A DNA stretch of 64,000 nucleotides from IMG/VR virus record IMGVR_UViG_3300017917_001940, positions 32,001-96,000 of that record. The stretch is one strand, 5' to 3'. Origin of the DNA: a virus. How positions within the stretch are numbered: position 1 is the stretch's first letter; each line of letters opens with the position of its first letter. The notes under the pieces are model-generated. The model was not told the DNA's origin. It was given only the letters and a program-made list of their open reading frames with translations, and ran no database searches. The position numbers were made by a program, and so were the translations under genes. Shown piece after piece: positions 51,600-61,276 of the stretch.

Positions 51600-51835
51600 T
51601 CAATGGCCCGTGGCAGTTTGATGGAACTTCTTTTAATAAGTTAGATCAATATAAAACAGTGAGTCCCGAGGATTATGAAGATTGGAAAAAACAGTTTACA
51701 GTCGATGCTTTATTTGGTATCCGCTACGGACAGAGCTTCTGCAATCGCTTCGGCATTACCGACAACCTACTATACTTTACAAAAGAACATGAATGGTGCG
51801 ATAGATATATCAAAGACAAATATGTTACCCGATAA
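51596..51835 (+). CDS. hypothetical protein
   Basis: RYGQSFCN; start adjusted. Confidence 0.6.
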   Translation: MINGPWQFDGTSFNKLDQYKTVSPEDYEDWKKQFTVDALFGIRYGQSFCNRFGITDNLLYFTKEHEWCDRYIKDKYVTR

Positions 51836-52046
51836 TGAATTTAAGTATCCCGTGACCATACCTTGGAGTCCAAGATTAGATACTATGTCTGCTTGGAATG
51901 AAGTATGTGCCCAAGGTATGGAACTGTTTGGCCTACCTGGAAATCGTTACATGACCGAAGCCAATGTCAACGACATGACTTGGTGGTTTAAAGATGAGAA
52001 AGATGCATTATTAATGATGCTAAAATTTAGCGAGGCTGTGTGTTAG
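51822..52046 (+). CDS. small protein, F.D....LK[WYF] family
   Basis: WWFKDEKDALLMMLKF. Confidence 0.65.
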   Translation: MLPDNEFKYPVTIPWSPRLDTMSAWNEVCAQGMELFGLPGNRYMTEANVNDMTWWFKDEKDALLMMLKFSEAVC

Positions 52047-52660
52047 ACAAGATTGTTAAAGTTGAGCCCACAAGCCCTGCAATAGCACTCACCTGGATGA
52101 TCGGATCCAGGTGTAATTATGCCTGTTCATATTGCCCAGATGAATATCATGATATGACCAGTCCTCATCCAGATTTAGATAAACTTAAATCTGCGTGGGA
52201 TTCATTTTACAGTAAAACTCAACATATTGGATTACCATATAAGTTAAGTTTCACCGGTGGAGAAGTTACAGCTAATAAAAGTTTTTTGCCTTTGGTAGAA
52301 TATCTTAACCAAGAAAACTTCAATATCAAACAATTGATGATTACAACCAATGGTAGTGCCAGTGAAAATTATTATCGAAAATTAGCCACTGTGGTTACAG
52401 ATATTAGTTTTAGTACGCACAGTGAATTTTTTAATGAGGCAGAGTTTTTTACTAAAGTTCGGGCTATCAATGAGATTATGATTCGTCCAAAAAAAAGTGT
52501 TCATGTAAACATTATGGATGAGTGGTGGAATCAAGATCGAATCAGTCTATATCAAGAATGGTTAGACAAGAATAATATTAGTTACACTGTGAATAAAATT
52601 GAATATATTCGTAATGTTGAACCGATAAACAATGGAGTTAAGAACATTGAATCAATTTGA
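52040..52660 (+). CDS. radical SAM protein (core domain)
   Basis: CNYACSYC, FTGGEVT, ITTNGS. Confidence 0.85.
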   Translation: MLDKIVKVEPTSPAIALTWMIGSRCNYACSYCPDEYHDMTSPHPDLDKLKSAWDSFYSKTQHIGLPYKLSFTGGEVTANKSFLPLVEYLNQENFNIKQLMITTNGSASENYYRKLATVVTDISFSTHSEFFNEAEFFTKVRAINEIMIRPKKSVHVNIMDEWWNQDRISLYQEWLDKNNISYTVNKIEYIRNVEPINNGVKNIESI

Positions 52661-52952
52661 GAATCAGTCTAATTACAACTGCAAGATAACACTAGATTCC
52701 GGTGATGAGTATCTTGTGTACGCTAATTGGATTCATAACCAAGGATTAGATCATTGGAATGGATGGTCTTGTGATGCTGGACATACTAGATTTTATATAG
52801 ATAAAAATTTCGACATTTGGTCCGGTGAATGCCGAAATGACAAGTTAGGTAATGTTCTAGGTGATTGGAACATTCAAACAGATACTATTTGTAAACAAGA
52901 AACCTGTACTGGATGTACTGATGATTTAATTGCGAGAAAGCATGCTAGATAG
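52632..52952 (+). CDS. SPASM/twitch-like iron-sulfur domain protein
   Basis: GWSCDAG...GEC.N..LG...C....C.GC.D. Confidence 0.7.
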   Translation: MELRTLNQFENQSNYNCKITLDSGDEYLVYANWIHNQGLDHWNGWSCDAGHTRFYIDKNFDIWSGECRNDKLGNVLGDWNIQTDTICKQETCTGCTDDLIARKHAR

Positions 52953-53388
52953 TAGAAATTTATATTTTGCTTATGGAGCCAATATTTGTGCTGATGCTAT
53001 GGCATGGCGTTGCCCATTGGCTGAACCCGTCGGTGCATTTGAACTACGTGATTGGCAATTAGAGTTTTACAGTCATGCAACTATTGTTCCTAAACGTGGA
53101 TCAAGTGTACATGGTGTACTTTGGAACCTAACTGACTCATGTGAAAAGTCCCTAGATGCATTTGAGGGTTACCCAACGTACTATACCAAACGCACCTACT
53201 ACCAAGATGGTCATTGGTTCTTCTTTTATGAGATGAGTGATTATAAACAAGGAATGCCTAGCGAAGGCTATATACACGGAATAGCCAATGGTTATCATCA
53301 GTGGCAATTACCACAACGACGTTTACAAGAAGCACTAGACCGTACATATGAATTACACAGTAACCATAGACAATATCAGCGCAGTTGA
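52930..53388 (+). CDS. gamma-glutamylcyclotransferase (AIG2-like)
   Basis: YFAYGAN, VHGVLW, LDAFEGYP. Confidence 0.85.
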   Translation: MRESMLDSRNLYFAYGANICADAMAWRCPLAEPVGAFELRDWQLEFYSHATIVPKRGSSVHGVLWNLTDSCEKSLDAFEGYPTYYTKRTYYQDGHWFFFYEMSDYKQGMPSEGYIHGIANGYHQWQLPQRRLQEALDRTYELHSNHRQYQRS

Positions 53389-53575
53389 GGCCATAGCAAT
53401 TAAGCACACGCTGACAGATGAATGGCAACTGATAGATGGGCGAGACTTTGATTGGTATTGGTATCCTACCACCTTAGATGACACAGGATGGTTAGTTGCT
53501 AGACCACAACATGCAGAATTTAGATTTTGCGATGAAGCACGTGCAACATTTTTTCAATTAAAATACGTCAAGTGA
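53348..53575 (+). CDS. small protein, F.D....LK[WYF] family
   Basis: FRFCDEARATFFQLKY. Confidence 0.65.
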   Translation: MNYTVTIDNISAVEAIAIKHTLTDEWQLIDGRDFDWYWYPTTLDDTGWLVARPQHAEFRFCDEARATFFQLKYVK

Positions 53576-53808
53576 TATTAGATAAACCCTTAACATTTAG
53601 AGACAAACAGAGCTTCAAACACGCTCAAGAGATCGCCAAACCATTTGGCGTGATTGAGGAAGTGTTGGCTTGGTGTAAAAGTGAACTACGTGACGAGTTC
53701 AGGTGGCAGTTAGTTGAGATGTCAAGTGATATTAAACCCGGCCGGTATATATTTTACTTTGATGATGAACGCGATTATTTGGCCTTTGTGCTAAAATGGG
53801 CTGGTTAG
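53572..53808 (+). CDS. small protein, F.D....LK[WYF] family
   Basis: FYFDDERDYLAFVLKW. Confidence 0.65.
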   Translation: MILDKPLTFRDKQSFKHAQEIAKPFGVIEEVLAWCKSELRDEFRWQLVEMSSDIKPGRYIFYFDDERDYLAFVLKWAG

Positions 53809-53882
53809 TAAGCACTAACTTGTGGTTGACAAAAAATACCCGTTTTGCTACAATATTAATATACAACTAAGAAAGGTGAGCT

Positions 53883-54263
53883 ATGTCTAAAAAAGAACCT
53901 ATTGAAATTACAAGTAATTTACGAAGTTATCGATTTGTTGGAGAACAGGCCGAAGCATTGGGCTTGAGATTAGATGCCGCTCGCCGTTCGCTTGAACAAT
54001 CCAAGACACCTTGGGCAAAAAATCATTGGACTAATGTAGTCAACCAATTGTTATTCCAGTGGAGGAATTTGCCAGCACTTCACGACAGTGATGCTACAAT
54101 GTTAGACGTGCCACGTTGGACCGTTGATTACGATTTTTACGAAATCGACGATGGTATTGGGTACGGTTTTGGTGAGAGATTAATGGAACGATTCAAAGAA
54201 CAGGCTAACTTACAAGAATCCTGGGATCGTGTTAGAGAACAAAGACTAGCGAGGGCACAGTAA
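53883..54263 (+). CDS. hypothetical early protein
   Basis: promoter TTGACA(53826)-N17-TACAAT; RBS AAAGG. Confidence 0.75.
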   Translation: MSKKEPIEITSNLRSYRFVGEQAEALGLRLDAARRSLEQSKTPWAKNHWTNVVNQLLFQWRNLPALHDSDATMLDVPRWTVDYDFYEIDDGIGYGFGERLMERFKEQANLQESWDRVREQRLARAQ

Positions 54264-54432
54264 TGATTGGATCGTTTTGGAGAGATGCCAACGGCAAAGA
54301 GTTTACAATTAAATTCGTTGACCACAACATGAATGGATCATGGGTACATTATACTGATCAAGAAGGTCGAGAATACGATTGTTTAGTTGAAGCTTTTAAA
54401 ACACGTTTTACTCCTGTGGAGAATATAAGAAG

Positions 54433-54624
54433 ATGATGAACGAAGAACGTCAATTAGTAGCACAAGCCGTCCTGGCTGGTGACTTGGATGCCGATCAGCT
54501 TACATGGGAAGAAGTTCAAGAAATTGAATTACTAGTAGCTGATTTGGTTGCTGAAAAAACATTGATTGAGCAGGCCAAGTTAGGCAAGAATGTATTTGCC
54601 CACTATTCGGATATCATTCAATGA
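54433..54624 (+). CDS. hypothetical protein
   Basis: ORF track. Confidence 0.6.
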   Translation: MMNEERQLVAQAVLAGDLDADQLTWEEVQEIELLVADLVAEKTLIEQAKLGKNVFAHYSDIIQ

Positions 54625-54956
54625 ATCATCAGTTTATTGTCATGTGGGATTGTTACGGGCTGGAAGTATGCTGTGATGTAACCGAAGCACAACAACGGGC
54701 AGTTTGGGAAGAACTGCAAGGCAAAGGTGTCAGTGAAAGTGGCATACCAAGTTTAGGTCACCTAACACTTCGTGCTCGCTACAACCCACAGAGACATTAT
54801 GAAATTTACATTATCGAAGCAGTTGAAGGCATTGGTGCTATCGACATTCGACAAATGTTTGAAGAAGATCCACAAGGTGCGGCTGATACAATTCGCCGCT
54901 TAGGTACTTGTGTTTACAGTGACAAGGTTGACAAGGAGAACCGTGTGATTGTATAA
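54621..54956 (+). CDS. hypothetical protein
   Basis: ORF track. Confidence 0.7.
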   Translation: MNHQFIVMWDCYGLEVCCDVTEAQQRAVWEELQGKGVSESGIPSLGHLTLRARYNPQRHYEIYIIEAVEGIGAIDIRQMFEEDPQGAADTIRRLGTCVYSDKVDKENRVIV

Positions 54957-54957
54957 T

Positions 54958-55213
54958 GGTTACTGGTTGCGGAGTAACGCCCGCTAGTCTGACCCGGACG
55001 AAAAGTGGAATGTTAACCACGGGTGGTTCCCGTTTAACCCTAACGGGCGTTGGCAGCACGACAGCGGCCCATGGTGAGGAGCGGATACCTCGTAAGCAGG
55101 CAGTTGGTCTATACTCGACTTTTAGGGCGATAATCCTAGATTGAAGCGGTGAGCTAGACAGCTTGAAGGTGGAAAGATAAATGTAACCGCCGGTGGGTGC
55201 AGAGCACCTTTTT
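54958..55213 (+). ncRNA. candidate structured non-coding RNA (~250 nt), family unknown
   Basis: TTGACA(54928)-N18-TATAAT(54952) upstream, ~54% GC by hand count, many hairpins, terminator GGTGC-AGA-GCACC-TTTTT. Confidence 0.6.
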
Positions 55214-55216
55214 CTT

Positions 55217-55270
55217 ATAAATCAATGACTTAGCTTATTGGTTGACCAAAATCACATAGTTTGCTATAAT
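55217..55270 (+). promoter_or_regulatory. IHF-like site + sigma70 promoter of helicase/methylase operon
   Basis: ATAAATCAATGACTTAG; TTGACC(55242)-N17-TATAAT. Confidence 0.75.
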
Positions 55271-55295
55271 AGCAGTATAGAATAAGGATAAATTA

Positions 55296-57527
55296 ATGGC
55301 AAGAATGATGATTTATACCTGGAATGACCAGGACAATGCACTTGATGAAACAAAGATGGGAGACCACTTTGTGCCGTTTGACTGCACTCTGCAACAGGCA
55401 GAGCAACACACTATTGATTATATTCGAACTCAATTCCCTCGTCGTGCTCGACACTTTAATAGTGGTCGTGTGCTAATGAAAGTTTGGGACGTTAGTGATA
55501 TTGCTCGCAAGTTTAATAAATTTCGCAAGGGCAGTCACATTGACGATTTAATTCGCGAGGCATGTTTGGGGCGGCCAGGTACACAAGGTCGAGAATTCCA
55601 TGCACTGCCATTTGATGATACAAATGCCAAACTTGACAAGTATCTGTATAAAATGGGTACTCCACCACCAGTGGTTTGTTTGACTGCCTGGCAGGCTCGT
55701 AGTGCTGAACGTGTTATTGAAGATATTGCTAATGGTAAGAGAACTATCATGGCTGAGTTATGTGCTCGCTTTGGTAAAACTATTTGGGGTGGTGTATTAA
55801 CTCGCGAAACTAACGCTAATCTTACAGTGGTTGTCAGTTATGTGCTAACCAGCTTTGCCAGTTTTGAAAAAGAATTTGTGGGGTTTAAGCAATTTGCTGA
55901 CTTTGTTAGTGTGGACACCTCCGATCCAGATTATCAACAAGTAATTGATCAAGCACTTGCCGAAAACAAACAGGTAGTAGCATTTTTATCAATGTGTGTA
56001 GGCAGTAAACGTCAACAAAAAATCGACTATTTGTTTGGCTTAGACACAACTCGATTGGTGTTAATTGACGAAGCCGACTTTGGTGTACACAAAGCAGGAC
56101 AAGCCAAACCTTTAGTAGAAGCAAGAGATCCTAACGATGTTATTATTTTGATGACAGGAACTAACGCAGACAAAGCCTCTAGTTACTGGCCTGTGGATTC
56201 TGTTATCAGCGTGGTTTATCCTGAACTGTTAATTGAAAAAAGATTAACTGCCAACACCAAATATACCACTAGCCTCAAGCATTTTAAGATTGATCCTGCT
56301 CGACACAATTTAGTAGTTGATGTAGAATTCTATCAAATGGATTTAAAAAGTGCTGTGGAATTTGCACGAGCAACTGATCCAGAAGCATTTGTTGAAGATG
56401 GTATCTACTTACCCAGTTGGACCAAGTTTGCCGCTAATCCTATTAAAGCCAAGGGTTTCTGGACTCGTATGCTACAGTCGGTATTCCTGGGTCAGCATGG
56501 GTGGGACGAACTCAACGTAGAATACCAGTTTGGAGAAGTCGCCGATCATCGGGTAGCTATGATGTTCTTAAGTGGTAGCATGAGAAATACCAACTTAGAT
56601 ATTGCGGCCAAACTGGCTCAACAGGCATTGCCAGGATATGTTGTAGTACCTATCTACGGCGAAGAGATGACCAATCGTTCAGCAGAGAAAGATGTTAAAG
56701 ATGCTATCGAATTGGCCCGTGAAAAAAATCAAAGCGTATTGTTACTAAGTGCTGGTATGGCTCAGCGTAGTTTTAGCGTAGGGGCAATCACAGAACTTTA
56801 TCTTGCGTATGATGAAGGCGATAACGGTGCCACAATACAAAAAATCAGTCGAGCGTTGACTCCAGAAGAACAAGGTAAAGTTGGTCGTATTGTTAGTTTA
56901 AGTTTTGATCCTAATCGTGATGACAAGTTTGATTCACTGTTGATTGAAACAGCATTAAACTATAAACGTAGCCGTTGTATTAAATCAGCTAAAGAAGCCA
57001 TGCGTGATGTACTACACACAGTAGATATCTTCCGCTGTACAGCCGATGGTTCAATCAAACTAGACGGCGATGATTACTTAGAACAGGCAATTGAACGTAA
57101 AAGCGTCAGCCGAGTGGTAGGTAAAGTTGCAGACATTACTAAATTATCTGTAGCTGAACTAACAGCACTAGCCGACGGTAATGCCAACGCATTTAGAGCC
57201 GCTAAACAACAAGCCGCAGAGCGTGGTAAAACTCGAGCTCGTAGCGTTCCAGGAAGTAAAAATAAAAACAATTCAGAAGAGATGGCCACAGCCAAACTAA
57301 TTGCTCAAGCCCGTGAAGTTATCACAACCATTGTTGAGAATTTGGATATCATTGTGCAAGGAACTGGTAGTCACAACATCAATCGAGCATTTAAACTAAT
57401 TGAAAACAACCCCGAACACCAACAGGCAGTCGCAGAAGAGTTTGGTGTTGAGTTTGAACTAATTAAAGAGCTATTTGATCACGGAGTTATTAACACCGAT
57501 TTGGTCGAATTGCAAGTTGATCATTAA
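55296..57527 (+). CDS. SF2 helicase/restriction-type ATPase with probable N-terminal GIY-YIG-like domain
   Basis: Q-motif LTAWQ, Walker A CARFGKT, Walker B LIDEADFG, MTGT, QKISRALT. Confidence 0.8.
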   Translation: MARMMIYTWNDQDNALDETKMGDHFVPFDCTLQQAEQHTIDYIRTQFPRRARHFNSGRVLMKVWDVSDIARKFNKFRKGSHIDDLIREACLGRPGTQGREFHALPFDDTNAKLDKYLYKMGTPPPVVCLTAWQARSAERVIEDIANGKRTIMAELCARFGKTIWGGVLTRETNANLTVVVSYVLTSFASFEKEFVGFKQFADFVSVDTSDPDYQQVIDQALAENKQVVAFLSMCVGSKRQQKIDYLFGLDTTRLVLIDEADFGVHKAGQAKPLVEARDPNDVIILMTGTNADKASSYWPVDSVISVVYPELLIEKRLTANTKYTTSLKHFKIDPARHNLVVDVEFYQMDLKSAVEFARATDPEAFVEDGIYLPSWTKFAANPIKAKGFWTRMLQSVFLGQHGWDELNVEYQFGEVADHRVAMMFLSGSMRNTNLDIAAKLAQQALPGYVVVPIYGEEMTNRSAEKDVKDAIELAREKNQSVLLLSAGMAQRSFSVGAITELYLAYDEGDNGATIQKISRALTPEEQGKVGRIVSLSFDPNRDDKFDSLLIETALNYKRSRCIKSAKEAMRDVLHTVDIFRCTADGSIKLDGDDYLEQAIERKSVSRVVGKVADITKLSVAELTALADGNANAFRAAKQQAAERGKTRARSVPGSKNKNNSEEMATAKLIAQAREVITTIVENLDIIVQGTGSHNINRAFKLIENNPEHQQAVAEEFGVEFELIKELFDHGVINTDLVELQVDH

Positions 57528-57547
57528 CGGTTTATAAAGTAAAATAT

Positions 57548-58768
57548 ATGATTGGTCGTTTAAAATTTGAAATTGATCCGTTGGTTAAAAAAATGATTGA
57601 CAGATTACCAAATGATGTTATTGTCAATGGAACCATATTTGATCCGGCTATCGGTGGAGGACAGTTTGTTCGAGAGATTGAACGACGCAAACGTGCCGCT
57701 GGTAAAACTGATGCCGAGATTGCCTCTACTGTGTTTGGTTTTGAAGAAAATGTTCTGCGAAAAAACTATGCAGTAAATAAGAACAAGTTAGTAGGAACTT
57801 ATAAAGTTGGAAACTTTTTAACCGAGGAAATAAAAATGAAATTTGATGTGATTGTTGGGAATCCTCCATATCAAGATAGTCGTGCACCAACTTTAAAATT
57901 GTGGCATAAGTTTGTTGAAAAAAGTTTTGATTTAATTAATGATGATGGATATCTGGCTTTTGTAACACCTCGTTCTTGGGTTGAGCGTCCTTCTAGTCAA
58001 CTGAGCAATAAAATTGTCAAGGAAGTTTTTGCTAAACATCAGTTGTCATGGTTAGACATCACAGCTAAAGATTACTTTCCAGGCATTGGAGAGAATCCAT
58101 GTTCTTATTGTGTAATCAAAACTAAAAAAACTAGTTTAACAGAAGTAATACTAGCAGACAAAACGGAGATGATTGATTATCACGGTCAAAAAATTCCATT
58201 AGATGAACTAGATCATTATAAAGTATCAATATTTCCTAAACTAACAGGTCAAGGTCATAGGACTCTATTAGATGTTGTGTACAGTGATACTGGTACCGCA
58301 ACCAGCGTCGACGTAATGGTTAATGATGGTGTAATGTGCGATACTCCCCAACCTTCTATTACACATGCTAAGGTTTTTTGGACGGCGGCAAATACTGATA
58401 CCTACTACATGGAACGCAGTAAGATTAAATCTGGTATAAAAGTCATTATCAATAGAAGTGGATACTATTACCACCCAGACTTTCCAACCAAATACATTTT
58501 AATTGACAGCAAGAATGAATATGCTGTGGGTGCTGGTGCGTTTGGAATTTCTTGTAAAAACAAACAAGAAGCTAAAAATTTAGTTTCGTTACTAACTACA
58601 AAACTTTATAGGTGGTTTATTGACAACGAAAAAACCAGTGGATTTAATACCGGCATTACTAAATTGCCGCTACTAGATTTAAACAAGACCTGGACCGACA
58701 GAGAAGTTTTTGATTTGTTTAATATCTCAACCGAAGAAGAAGCGTATATAAATGATTTCTATAGTTGA
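57548..58768 (+). CDS. adenine DNA methyltransferase (Eco57I-like) with NPPY and target-recognition region
   Basis: FDPAIGGGQF, FDVIVGNPPY, LWHKFVEKS. Confidence 0.85.
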   Translation: MIGRLKFEIDPLVKKMIDRLPNDVIVNGTIFDPAIGGGQFVREIERRKRAAGKTDAEIASTVFGFEENVLRKNYAVNKNKLVGTYKVGNFLTEEIKMKFDVIVGNPPYQDSRAPTLKLWHKFVEKSFDLINDDGYLAFVTPRSWVERPSSQLSNKIVKEVFAKHQLSWLDITAKDYFPGIGENPCSYCVIKTKKTSLTEVILADKTEMIDYHGQKIPLDELDHYKVSIFPKLTGQGHRTLLDVVYSDTGTATSVDVMVNDGVMCDTPQPSITHAKVFWTAANTDTYYMERSKIKSGIKVIINRSGYYYHPDFPTKYILIDSKNEYAVGAGAFGISCKNKQEAKNLVSLLTTKLYRWFIDNEKTSGFNTGITKLPLLDLNKTWTDREVFDLFNISTEEEAYINDFYS

Positions 58769-59261
58769 TATGATTTCTCATATAAGAGAACGATCATACA
58801 TGAGTGGTGTTGATCGCGACGCGGTGCGGGTAAAAGCGACGGGTGAAGTATTCACGCCAACACCTCTAGTAATAAAAATGTTAGATCGGATGCCTAAAGA
58901 ATTATTTAAAGACCCAACCAAAACATTTTGTGACCCAAGTTGTGGTGATGGCCAGTTCCTTGGTGAAGTACTAATCCGTAAAGTAGAAAACGGCATAGAT
59001 TTTGAAACAGCACTCTCTACAATCTATGGTGTGGATCTCATGGAAGATAACATAAAACTCTGTCAAGACCGTTTGCTTTGTGGTAGAGAAGACCTGCGTC
59101 ACATAGTTGAAAAAAACATTGTATGTGCCGATGCACTGAGATATCACTATAGATTTGATAATTCAGACCCGTACGAAACGGAATATGAATACAGACTAAA
59201 GCAGTTAGGTATTATACCTATGATATCCCAGTATAAAAGCAATACCAAAGTTCCTGCTTAA
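58752..59261 (+). CDS. short methyltransferase subunit (SAM-binding motifs only)
   Basis: GEVFTP, DPSCGDGQF, YGVDL, CADAL; no NPPY/DPPY. Confidence 0.8.
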   Translation: MISIVDMISHIRERSYMSGVDRDAVRVKATGEVFTPTPLVIKMLDRMPKELFKDPTKTFCDPSCGDGQFLGEVLIRKVENGIDFETALSTIYGVDLMEDNIKLCQDRLLCGREDLRHIVEKNIVCADALRYHYRFDNSDPYETEYEYRLKQLGIIPMISQYKSNTKVPA

Positions 59262-59273
59262 TAAAAATCCCTT

Positions 59274-59325
59274 ATAAATCAACAACTTAGTTCAGGTTGA
59301 CCAAAATTGCCCAATTTGCTATACT
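59274..59325 (+). promoter_or_regulatory. IHF-like site + sigma70 promoter
   Basis: ATAAATCAACAACTTAG; TTGACC(59297)-N17-TATACT. Confidence 0.75.
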
Positions 59326-59354
59326 ATTATTATAGTTAACACTTTGGAGCGATA

Positions 59355-59684
59355 ATGAAAGAAAAAGAATTAGAAACTAAATCAGCAGGTTACTTTGCTT
59401 ATGCGGCGGCACGTGATGCTCGTATCAAAGCCGTGGCCATGTGGAGTCATTACAAGCCCGAACAGCAAGTTGAGGCTGAGCGTGTAAAGTTGGGTTTGGA
59501 GTTAGTGTATTTCTATAAAAATATCTACATCAGCCCACGCAAGAAGTTTATCACTATCAAAGTGGAAAACGGGCGAGTCAAAGATCCCAAGGGTCTGCGT
59601 TTCCTTGAGGAAGAATGGGAAGCCAAAGGTTACACTAAATCTGTAAGTAATCAAGGCGTTATCTATCATATTCCAAAGGCTTAA
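59355..59684 (+). CDS. hypothetical protein
   Basis: GGAG RBS. Confidence 0.7.
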   Translation: MKEKELETKSAGYFAYAAARDARIKAVAMWSHYKPEQQVEAERVKLGLELVYFYKNIYISPRKKFITIKVENGRVKDPKGLRFLEEEWEAKGYTKSVSNQGVIYHIPKA

Positions 59685-59685
59685 T

Positions 59686-60342
59686 ATGTCTAAAAGGAAT
59701 TTACCAGCACCACTCGATCAAAGCACAGCATGGGCCGCGGCCGCGATTGCGTTCCGTGCTAACGGTGATCAGTATGTCAAGGTAATTGATGCTACAGATG
59801 ATCGTAGGACCAACATTGATCTTGTTTACGAGATTATCAATAGCCCAAATCTGGATGCTACGATCTTGAAGCACGATCACGAGCTGGGTCAGCAGATCCG
59901 TAAGTACATTGGGCTCACAGCCACAGCGGCCGCACTTCGAGGTACACTAGACTCATGGGGTCAAGAAATGGCCCGTGTGAGTCAGTTGGATGAGATTGCC
60001 GCAACTTACGATCTTCATATCATTGCCAGTTTGCCCGCCACTTATCATCGTTACTTACAACGTGAAAAGGTGCATCAACGACTTAACGAGTGTGTGGTAT
60101 TCGCACCCAGGATTGGGGACAAGGTTGAAATCGATTGCGAAGTATTGGAAAGCAAATGGAGCCAGAAATGGTCTACCTACTATATCACAGTGGTAGACAG
60201 CCATAACCATGCGTTCTTCTTTGCTTATCGTAACCAGATCAAACCTGGCACTCGATTTACTGCTCGTGGTACAGTCAAGCGTATCTCTGGTAACCAAATT
60301 CAACTTAACCGTGTTAAAACCGACTTAAACCAGGAGGAATAA
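59686..60342 (+). CDS. hypothetical protein with C-terminal OB-fold-like region
   Basis: IGDKVEIDCEV...GTVK...QLNRVK. Confidence 0.65.
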   Translation: MSKRNLPAPLDQSTAWAAAAIAFRANGDQYVKVIDATDDRRTNIDLVYEIINSPNLDATILKHDHELGQQIRKYIGLTATAAALRGTLDSWGQEMARVSQLDEIAATYDLHIIASLPATYHRYLQREKVHQRLNECVVFAPRIGDKVEIDCEVLESKWSQKWSTYYITVVDSHNHAFFFAYRNQIKPGTRFTARGTVKRISGNQIQLNRVKTDLNQEE

Positions 60343-60604
60343 TGAAAAACTTTATCGTAGGTACTGTTTTTGGTATTGTTATTTGTACTATTGGATTTGG
60401 TGGCGTGGCTCGTTTGGTTGACGCTGGAGTAATTAAGGTTCAGGAAGTGGCTAAAAAGGCCACAGAATAACCAAAAGAACATATAATAGTTGACAGGAAA
60501 TACCCGTTCAGCTATAATATATGTATATGCTAAGAAATTGGCATATTAGTAGTAAAATTAATTTTATTAAACTTGTAAGGCAACTTAAGAAAGGCAACAC
60601 AAAA

Positions 60605-60919
60605 ATGGCAACAGAAAAACTCTTTACAGTAGCAGGCACAGCAAAAAACGCTGATGGTACAGTTAAAGCTCGCTTCGCAAATGACTTGGTAGCTCGTATC
60701 AAGATCTTGAACAAAGCAGGTTGTACTGATATCGATCTCATTGAGCTACCAAAGGCAATGACTAAGTTGGAGGCTTTGCAACATCTTCAGACTCTAGGTA
60801 AGACTGGTGATGCGGCTTATGCAGTAGCCAACAAGTTGGCTGAGAAAACTAAGATCGCCAAGCGTGATCAGGTTAAGATCGCCAGCAAGTCAGAGACTCG
60901 TGTAGCTGACGAAGCCTAA
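60605..60919 (+). CDS. conserved phage hypothetical protein
   Basis: FTVAGTA...GTVKARFAND; promoter TTGACA(60490)-N17-TATAAT; start adjusted. Confidence 0.75.
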   Translation: MATEKLFTVAGTAKNADGTVKARFANDLVARIKILNKAGCTDIDLIELPKAMTKLEALQHLQTLGKTGDAAYAVANKLAEKTKIAKRDQVKIASKSETRVADEA

Positions 60920-60985
60920 TTAAGGCAGGGTGGCAGGACGCTGGGTGTAGGCCCAGACTGTAAGTCCACCCAACAGAATTCAACC

Positions 60986-61020
60986 AAAAGCGGTGTATTT
61001 GATGCACCGCTTTTCCTTTT
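60986..61020 (+). terminator. intrinsic terminator
   Basis: AAAAGCGGTG-N9-CACCGCTTTT. Confidence 0.75.
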
Positions 61021-61036
61021 GGCATAAATTAGTAGT

Positions 61037-61276
61037 ATGTTAGATGATTTGGAAATCGAATCAACCATTAAATTTGCCATTTATAGTTTAATGTTATGCT
61101 TATATGATTATGGTATGGAGGAAATTCACCTCGGTGGTCTCATGCGACTACTTGGTGTGCCAAATTCCACTGCTGAAAAGTATGACGAAGATATAGTGGT
61201 ACTCGATGATGAGTTTGCAGAATTTGTTTTAGAAATGACCCAAACGGCCAAGCAATCGGGCCAAACACTACATTAA
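61037..61276 (+). CDS. hypothetical protein
   Basis: ORF track. Confidence 0.7.
   Translation: MLDDLEIESTIKFAIYSLMLCLYDYGMEEIHLGGLMRLLGVPNSTAEKYDEDIVVLDDEFAEFVLEMTQTAKQSGQTLH

Noticed and set aside
54956-55144. 62-aa ORF MVTGCG...
   Set aside because: No RBS, starts at the promoter -10/TSS, composition atypical; better explained as structured RNA
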